This document shows, in pieces, positions 1 through 5,161 of a stretch of 5,161 bases of DNA (positions are counted from its first letter, which is position 1; each line of letters opens with the position of its first letter). The position numbers were made by a program, and so were the translations under genes. The notes below the pieces were generated by a model. It was not told the DNA's origin and ran no database searches. It worked only from the letters and a program-made list of their open reading frames with translations. Origin of the DNA: an uncultured archaeon (GTDB taxonomy: Archaea; Asgardarchaeota; Lokiarchaeia; Sigyniarchaeales; Promethearchaeaceae); contig CAYRPF010000126.1 in NCBI GenBank assembly GCA_964426185.1, positions 1-5,161 of the forward strand, written 5' to 3'.

Positions 1-35
1 TTACTAATAATGCTTTGCGAATTTGGGAATTCAGT

Positions 36-68
36 AAGAATGAGAAGAAAGAAAAGAAAAAATGAAAA
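36..68 (-). terminator. Probable archaeal oligo-T/pyrimidine-rich transcription terminator downstream of the cupin gene
   Basis: The minus strand reads TTTTCATTTTTTCTTTTCTTTCTTCTCATTCTT, starting about 11 nt after the cupin TAA (80..82). U-rich tracts after the last gene are the established archaeal intrinsic/aCPSF1-type termination signal. Confidence 0.55.
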
Positions 69-79
69 TTTCCATAGAA

Positions 80-361
80 TTACTTATCGATTTTTCCAAA
101 GTAATAATGTTTTTTTATCGGTTTCTTCACGTTCCACACACATTTCACCCCAGAATGGCACGTCACCAAATCCCCGGGTTCAAAGGTTAGTTTTTCATCC
201 CCAGAAACAATTTCGGCTTCACCTTCCAACACGTAAAAAGTTTCAGGTGTATCGTATTCCCACTCAAAGGTAGAAATTTCTTTCGTCCAAATTCCCCAAT
301 CAGATATGTTTAGTTTTTCTAATTCTTCTTTTGAGGGTTTATGTTTTTCGAATTTAACCAT
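80..361 (-). CDS. Cupin domain-containing protein, DUF861/Cupin_3 (EutQ-like, TM1112-like) family
   Basis: The translation has the family pattern throughout: PSKEELEKL..W.IWTKE.S.FEW.YD..ET.YVLEG...I.......F.PGDLVT...G.KC.W.V..PIKKHY. The start is placed at the ATG at 361 (M4 of the 80..370 ORF) because it follows an SD-like GGAAATGATC and matches the ~90-aa family length. The ATG at 370 is the alternative. Confidence 0.9.
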   Translation of the reverse strand: MVKFEKHKPSKEELEKLNISDWGIWTKEISTFEWEYDTPETFYVLEGEAEIVSGDEKLTFEPGDLVTCHSGVKCVWNVKKPIKKHYYFGKIDK

Positions 362-364
362 AAT

Positions 365-374
365 GATCATTTCC
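365..374 (-). promoter_or_regulatory. Putative Shine-Dalgarno sequence for the cupin gene
   Basis: The minus strand GGAAATGATC matches 8/10 of GGAGGTGATC (complement of the archaeal 16S 3' end) and is followed by ATT-ATG. Confidence 0.4.
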
Positions 375-464
375 TTATACGAAAACTCAATTTTAATACT
401 ATTTTATTTGCGATTTTTTAAGAAAGTTATCTTTTTCCAAAGTTGATGGGAAAAATTATATATG

Positions 465-1388
465 CTATTTATTTTCTACTCCTTTTCTGAGCTGCTTTAC
501 TTTCATCCATGGAATTTCCGTTTTTGTCAACAAAGGGATTAGATGCTGCTTCTCCGCGCTGTTAAGGCCTTTCCAATCCACTACCCAAGCATCAATAGAC
601 TCTAGAGATTGTTCCACGATTTGATCCAACATTTTGGCATCGATCTCCAATACCTTATATTTTGGAACCGTATGAACAAAACCATATCCTTTCGGAATAA
701 TAGGCTGGAAACTCGGCATGTAATGCGAACCGCCGAATCCGACGACTACTTTAATCTCTTTTTTATCCAAATTGGGTGGATCTTGGCAGTGTTTTTCGCC
801 AATAATCTTTCCTGCGTGAATGATAGTACGGGCGACTATTTGTGCGCCAAATGGATCTTGCCAACCCTGCTCCGTGCTTCCTAGTTCAATAAATCCAGCC
901 GGTTGCGTAAAATTAGTAGGACCATGATGGTCAACTTCGTGATCCACAGGAACTTTATAATCTGGAAAGGAATCTACAAAATACTGAAGATTGGTATAAA
1001 GATAGTGCATAAGAATTCCGCTTCCCTTTGAGATGCGTCTGGGAGACCCTCCAAATGAGTTATCTTCACTAAAATTTCCCGTGGTGTGACACAGTAACGC
1101 TTTTCGTTCACTGGTGGAGCGGTGGCGGCTGGCATAAATTAGTATATCTCCCAACATTTTGGAGGGAGGAATTATATTATCCAGTGTAATGAAACTGTGC
1201 TCGATTTCGATTAAATTGAAACGAACTGGTGGAGTTAAGAATTCAAATTGCCTGCGAACCCAAGATGAGTCCCAAGGGTCGCAGTTTGGGAGTGGACGGA
1301 AGGGAAAGAATGTCAAGAGTTGCTTTTGTATATTCATGGAGGCAATGTCTTCTCTAGTGGTTAAAATGGTGATATTTAATGGCTTCAT
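465..1388 (-). CDS. dtdA: D-aminoacyl-tRNA deacylase, archaeal/plant type (DTD2 / GEK1 family)
   Basis: The family motifs are all present in order: D.ASMNI, ASRH.S, H..GN, E..HHGP, FIELGS.E..W.D, GFGG.HY.P.F, H..PKY, DWK. The length (307 aa) is compatible. ATG at 1386-1388 and TAG at 465-467 were verified. Confidence 0.93.
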   Translation of the reverse strand: MKPLNITILTTREDIASMNIQKQLLTFFPFRPLPNCDPWDSSWVRRQFEFLTPPVRFNLIEIEHSFITLDNIIPPSKMLGDILIYASRHRSTSERKALLCHTTGNFSEDNSFGGSPRRISKGSGILMHYLYTNLQYFVDSFPDYKVPVDHEVDHHGPTNFTQPAGFIELGSTEQGWQDPFGAQIVARTIIHAGKIIGEKHCQDPPNLDKKEIKVVVGFGGSHYMPSFQPIIPKGYGFVHTVPKYKVLEIDAKMLDQIVEQSLESIDAWVVDWKGLNSAEKQHLIPLLTKTEIPWMKVKQLRKGVENK

Positions 1389-1404
1389 GCTTATCTTTTT
1401 TTAA

Positions 1405-1422
1405 GTTATATATTATTTATCG
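1405..1422 (-). promoter_or_regulatory. Possible BRE/TATA-like element for a leaderless dtdA transcript, overlapping the upstream stop codon
   Basis: The minus strand reads CGATAAA-TAA-TATATAAC, 17-34 nt upstream of the dtdA ATG, and there is no SD before dtdA. The AT-rich background makes this weak. Confidence 0.25.
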
Positions 1423-4400
1423 GCTTCTTTTTTATCTTTTTCAGCTGCCTCTCGGATCATTCGCTGTAATTCTTCAAGTGAGCTCGGTTTACCCTGTGAA
1501 GATTCAATGGAAGTAGGTGAAGTAATTGAAAAGGTTGAGGAGGTTCCTGATGGAATGGATTTGTTTGGGGGATTTAATTTAATTTGGGTGGACTGGGTGT
1601 TTTGGACATTTGGTTCGGACGACAGGGTTGCTGCTCCCCCCTTTCCATGCAGAGTAGCTAGCAAATTCTGCACATCCGAAAGTGCTGATTGTTGTTGATA
1701 CCCCTGCTTTTGCTGCTTATACTGGCTTTTTAGTTCGGCTTCCCGCTGCAATAAATTCGCATGTTCATATTTGGATGAAGACTTTTTAAACTCCCTTTCT
1801 TGTGAATATGCCCTATAGATGCATGGTTGCATGTCAACATTCCAGCCGATTTTCATGAAATTAAGTTCAATTTCTTGGAATAATTCAATTGCCATATGAT
1901 ATTCATTACGTTGCATATGAGTCTGTGCCTGTTCCAGAAGAGACAGCGATTCATGGGCAATATTAATTTCTTGAACTTTATAGGTCTGGTATTCTTGCAA
2001 GATTTTGCGTTTTATTTTCATTAAGGTGCTAATTTTGGCAGATTGCTCATCGACATAAGCTTGAATTTCTTGTTTATATTGCTCGCTTTCATCTTGCAGT
2101 TTTTTCTTCCATTTCTGATTATTTTCTTGAATTGTCTGTTCATCTTGTACCATTGACACAAAATCATAGATAAACGAGAGGTGTTCATCCCAATGATGTT
2201 TTTGTAACAACGTTTTTACATCCTTTAATTGGAGAATCGCTTCTGCTAATTGCCCATTCTCCACTTTTTTCTCCACTTGAGATAATAATTCAAAAATCGC
2301 TTCTTTTTTCTCCTTTAATTCTTTTTTTAACGCTTTAATTTCTTCTTCTGAATGTTCTTCTGTTTGAATTTCTAATAATTCTTTGGTTATTCCATGCATG
2401 ATGGAGTCTTCGAAATTTCTCCGTTCGATATTTCTTTTAAACAATTGATCGTATTGTTTTTGCTTGGAATGGATGAATTCTTCCCGAATTTGTCGAATTT
2501 TCACCAGTCTGTTAATAATTTTAGGAATTTGTTCTGCCCAACCGGCTTCAATTAATAAAGTTAATGCTTCTTCATAGGCTTCTATTGATTCATCATAAAG
2601 ATCCGATATAACTAAGCCTTCGGCTTGTATAATTAAGGAAAAGGCGCGATATTTTTGTTCGGATTGTTTTTTTATAATTTTTGCCAATTCTGCAATTCGA
2701 TTTTCCCGCAATTCTGAAATCTTGTCCAATGATTCTAATAACTCTTTTGCCTTTGCCAAAATATATTGTTCTGGTGTAATTTTGAGTGATGTAGGATATT
2801 GGAACAAGCGAGAAACTTCCAATGAATTAATTTCTTTCACAAAGAATAGATCTTGTAACTGCTGCAAATCACTCACTTCCAGAATTAAATCTTCAATATT
2901 CTGACGCAATTCCGCCCAATCTAATGAGTTCAAAGCCAAAACGGCACGATTATAGAACTTGATTGCTTGAGTATATTGTTGATTTAGGATCTTTAAGTTA
3001 GCTGTATCCAACAGTTCAAAAACTTTATTCTGCAAATTTTCTTGTTCTTCTAATTTCACCTTGTAAATCTGTCCAGCCGTTAACTCTTGATTAAAATCGT
3101 CGCCAATAAAAGAGATTGCCACTTCTCTGGAAGTATTAAGGCTGTCCGTCATGATTTGCACAAATTCTGTATTAATCTTCATTAAATCAAAATCGTTGGG
3201 ATTGCCTCCATGGCGGAATTGGGTTCGTTTCTTTTCCTTCAAAATCAGCATCCAAGCGTAGAGAACCAAAACTTGATCTGCCCAACCCAATAATTTATTC
3301 ATTTTGTTAATAGCTTTGTATAAAGATGCAATAGCGCCGTCATAATCATAGGATTTTTCTTGGGAATGAATTAAATCAATAAATTGAAGCACATTATTTT
3401 TCTTTTTTATTTGTTCCTCTTGAACTTTCTCAAATTTATCCAGTACCTCTTGAGCGCGAATCTCCAAATCATGTTGCTTGGATTCATACAGATCATCAAA
3501 TTGCTTTTGTGTGAGGGTTTTTAGGTTAAGTTGCTTTTTTTCTAAAAATTCTTGGGAAACAATTGTTTCATTTTTTGGATGAATAAACGGGGTTGAAATT
3601 GATTTAGGGGTAAGTGTGGACTGGGCTTGGTCTGTATGTGTAATCCTTGATGATTCTGATTTTGCTTTAATTTTGGTTGTTTCAGGAATCGGTTCTCCTT
3701 TTTCAATAAATGCGAACATTGACTGTAATTCTGAGAGATCTATATTGGCTTCATCAGAACTAGATAACTGTGCCTCGGAAACTTGAGTGAAAGTAGGAAT
3801 AAAATCTTGATCTGATGTGCTTGGAGATTTTCCTAAGATAATTTGTTTTTCAGAAACTGGAATATAATCAGATTGGTCAGTTTGGGCAAATGTGGGTTTA
3901 TAAGGCTGTTCCCTCTGTGGTGATCTTTGTAAATACGGAATTCGGGTCTCGGATGTTTCAGTAAAATCGGGTTGATTTGTTTGAGCGAAGGTGGGAATGT
4001 AGGGTTGATTCTTATTGGTTCGCCGAGATTGCTGTGTTTCTGAAGGAGAAAGTGTGTAGTCGATTTGTTCTGTGGATAAAAATGTGGGTTGATAATTTTC
4101 GGGAATTCCACTGAATTTAATAGAACCATTGCTTCTGGGAGTTCCGGTTGGAAGGTAATTTGGCTGTTCAGTGGTGAGAAAACTGGGTGTATATTCTTGA
4201 TCTGTTTTCTTTAGTTGGTATCCCATTGCGTGTAAGCGTTCTGCCATCATTTGAGCAACTTTTTCAATATTCTGTACTTTTGTCATATTGTATTGGGCTC
4301 GGGATAAATGAGAATATGCATACAAAATGGATTTATATGCCCGAAATAAATAACCTTGACCCATTAACTGCTCCGAGTTCGACAATGCCTTTAATCCTAG

Positions 4401-4853
4401 TTTTATCAATTGTTCTCGATCTTCTCCAAAAACAGGAGGAGGGCTGAGTCCTAAGGGGATTGAAACATTTCCTTGAGCAACTTCCGCTTCTTCGAATGCT
4501 TGAGATGTTTGGAATGCTGGATTTGTTTGGGATGACTGAGATGATTGGGGTGCTTGATTTGTTTTGGATATTTGGGATGCTTGAGATACTTGGGAAGATT
4601 GGAGATTCGGTGATTCAGATTGTTTGATTCGACCTTCTAAATCTTTAATTCGTACCTCTATCATGGCTAGTGCTTGTTCCTTTTCTAAACCTAACCCTTC
4701 CGCTTGATGAAAAATCCCTAATGCTTGTTCCAAATTTTCCATAGCCAACTGATACTCATAATTTAGAATTTTTTGCTCTGCTTGTTCAATTAATTCAAAT
4801 GCTTTGTTTAGAATATTCTCACTATTAGCCATGGCTTGTTCTTCCTTCCCCAT
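1413..4853 (-). CDS. Large hypothetical protein (1146 aa): repeated MIT/TPR-like helical modules, coiled-coil linkers and S/T/Q/P-rich disordered regions
   Basis: Uninterrupted 3441-nt ORF (ATG 4851-4853, TAA 1413-1415) with E/K/Q/L-rich helical composition and internal repeats alignable by eye. No signal peptide, TM helix, P-loop or nuclease motif was seen. The alternative start is M8 (4832). Confidence refers to the CDS; function is unknown. Confidence 0.9.
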   Translation of the reverse strand: MGKEEQAMANSENILNKAFELIEQAEQKILNYEYQLAMENLEQALGIFHQAEGLGLEKEQALAMIEVRIKDLEGRIKQSESPNLQSSQVSQASQISKTNQAPQSSQSSQTNPAFQTSQAFEEAEVAQGNVSIPLGLSPPPVFGEDREQLIKLGLKALSNSEQLMGQGYLFRAYKSILYAYSHLSRAQYNMTKVQNIEKVAQMMAERLHAMGYQLKKTDQEYTPSFLTTEQPNYLPTGTPRSNGSIKFSGIPENYQPTFLSTEQIDYTLSPSETQQSRRTNKNQPYIPTFAQTNQPDFTETSETRIPYLQRSPQREQPYKPTFAQTDQSDYIPVSEKQIILGKSPSTSDQDFIPTFTQVSEAQLSSSDEANIDLSELQSMFAFIEKGEPIPETTKIKAKSESSRITHTDQAQSTLTPKSISTPFIHPKNETIVSQEFLEKKQLNLKTLTQKQFDDLYESKQHDLEIRAQEVLDKFEKVQEEQIKKKNNVLQFIDLIHSQEKSYDYDGAIASLYKAINKMNKLLGWADQVLVLYAWMLILKEKKRTQFRHGGNPNDFDLMKINTEFVQIMTDSLNTSREVAISFIGDDFNQELTAGQIYKVKLEEQENLQNKVFELLDTANLKILNQQYTQAIKFYNRAVLALNSLDWAELRQNIEDLILEVSDLQQLQDLFFVKEINSLEVSRLFQYPTSLKITPEQYILAKAKELLESLDKISELRENRIAELAKIIKKQSEQKYRAFSLIIQAEGLVISDLYDESIEAYEEALTLLIEAGWAEQIPKIINRLVKIRQIREEFIHSKQKQYDQLFKRNIERRNFEDSIMHGITKELLEIQTEEHSEEEIKALKKELKEKKEAIFELLSQVEKKVENGQLAEAILQLKDVKTLLQKHHWDEHLSFIYDFVSMVQDEQTIQENNQKWKKKLQDESEQYKQEIQAYVDEQSAKISTLMKIKRKILQEYQTYKVQEINIAHESLSLLEQAQTHMQRNEYHMAIELFQEIELNFMKIGWNVDMQPCIYRAYSQEREFKKSSSKYEHANLLQREAELKSQYKQQKQGYQQQSALSDVQNLLATLHGKGGAATLSSEPNVQNTQSTQIKLNPPNKSIPSGTSSTFSITSPTSIESSQGKPSSLEELQRMIREAAEKDKKEADK
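1791..3401 (-). repeat. Five tandem ~120-aa protein-level repeats (helical module plus long helical linker)
   Basis: Trp occurs at aa 524, 646, 772, 888 and 1004 (spacing 122/126/116/116). Each is 34-35 aa after a conserved F/L (489, 612, 738, 854, 970), with Y/L at +15, A/S at +18 and an invariant I at +19. Confidence 0.85.
3765..4199 (-). repeat. Five ~33-aa (~99-bp) degenerate repeats with core [YF]xP[ST]FxxT[EDN]Qx[DN][YF]
   Basis: QEYTPSFLTTEQPNY, ENYQPTFLSTEQIDY, QPYIPTFAQTNQPDF, QPYKPTFAQTDQSDY and QDFIPTFTQVSEAQL (the last is partial). The aromatic anchors are at aa 221, 254, 285, 318 and 351 (spacing 33/31/33/33). Confidence 0.88.
4492..4608. repeat. Degenerate 9-bp tandem repeat (~13 units, plus-strand consensus TGRGATGHT) encoding (xSQ)n
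   Basis: Units: tcgaatgct/tgagatgtt/tggaatgct/ggatttgtt/tgggatgac/tgagatgat/tggggtgct/tgatttgtt/ttggatatt/tgggatgct/tgagatact/tgggaagat/tggagattc. Peptide: QSSQVSQASQISKTNQAPQSSQSSQTNPAFQTSQA. Confidence 0.75.
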
Positions 4854-4873
4854 TACTTAATAGGTACTCACAA

Positions 4874-4881
4874 ATATTAAA
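4874..4881 (-). promoter_or_regulatory. Candidate archaeal TATA box for the large gene (leaderless or short leader)
   Basis: The minus strand has TTTAATAT at -28..-21 from the ATG at 4853, the spacing expected if transcription starts near the ATG. The BRE is not convincing and the background is AT-rich. Confidence 0.3.
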
Positions 4882-5161
4882 TCATCGTATCAAGATTTTG
4901 GCACCATTTTCATATCAGATAACACCTGTAAAGCAGAAAACCTATTCTTGATTATAAAATAAAAAATTCTTCAATAAACCGCCATAAAATTGCCCATATG
5001 CAACAGTTCATTGGATTTTCTTGAAAAACGAAAAAATGTTTTAAAAATTAATTGCCTTGGGAATATTTGCCATCTGAAAATAAAAAACATCTCAAATGAG
5101 CGAATCCCAAATAACCTCAATATAAATAAATAACTTATTTTTATTTCACACCAAAATCCTT

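Noticed and set aside
42-62. Staircase pattern GA-GAA-GAAA-GAAAA-GAAAAAA
   Set aside because: It is explained as part of the pyrimidine-rich terminator tract on the minus strand.
10-273. 87-aa plus-strand ORF
   Set aside because: It is antisense to the well-supported cupin, and its basic N-terminus is just the complement of the terminator tract.
432-455. Hairpin TTTTTCC-N10-GGAAAAA after dtdA
   Set aside because: The 7-bp, mostly A-T stem is weak. The T5 run could terminate dtdA, but the evidence is too thin to call.
609-1404. Plus-strand ORFs 609..884 and 1159..1404
   Set aside because: They are antisense shadows of dtdA with no recognisable motifs.
3936-4112. SxIP-like motifs (SGIP, TRIP) and YxxPhi-like sorting motifs in the disordered region
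   Set aside because: They are very short and not conserved among the repeat copies. In YxP[ST]F the hydrophobic residue is at +4, not +3.
3765-4199. ~99-bp periodicity as a CRISPR or non-coding repeat array
   Set aside because: The repeats are in frame and diverge at third codon positions, so conservation is at protein level, not DNA level.
1507-4447. ORFs 1507..1698(+), 2722..2904(+), 3833..4129(-) and 4187..4447(+)
   Set aside because: They are short, nested wholly within the 1146-aa CDS, mostly lack ATG starts and have no motifs. The synonymous-change pattern in the repeats supports the long frame.
4500-4595. ATM/ATR-type SQ cluster domain
   Set aside because: The SQ density is explained by the 9-bp repeat, and there is no evidence for a PIKK kinase in this context.
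1413-4853. SMC/Rad50, defence-system or membrane-protein assignment for the large ORF
   Set aside because: No Walker A/B, signature, zinc-hook or nuclease motif was seen, and no hydrophobic segment is long enough for a TM helix.
4894-5158. Inverted GATTTTGG (4894-4901) / CCAAAATC (5151-5158) as MITE terminal repeats
   Set aside because: The perfect match is only 8 bp and does not extend inward, and no target duplication can be assessed at the window edge. It is compatible with chance.

Overview
AT-rich, intron-free, archaeal-looking window with three genes on the minus strand. In transcription order they are: (1) a 1146-aa mostly helical protein with no recognisable catalytic domain, (2) an archaeal-type D-aminoacyl-tRNA deacylase (dtdA/DTD2), and (3) a small DUF861/Cupin_3 cupin followed by a long pyrimidine-rich terminator-like tract. 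The large protein is the main point of interest. Hand alignment shows seven copies of a ~60-aa MIT/TPR-like helical module, five of them recurring every 116-126 aa with an invariant Trp. It also has a disordered region with five [YF]xP[ST]FxxT[EDN]Qx[DN][YF] repeats, a degenerate 9-bp (xSQ) minisatellite, and three copies of a short amphipathic L[SE][ED][LV]Qx[ML] helix. This resembles a eukaryote-style multivalent scaffold and suggests an Asgard (Lokiarchaeia-like) archaeon, although both taxonomy and function are inference. No RNA genes, CRISPR arrays or mobile elements were seen.
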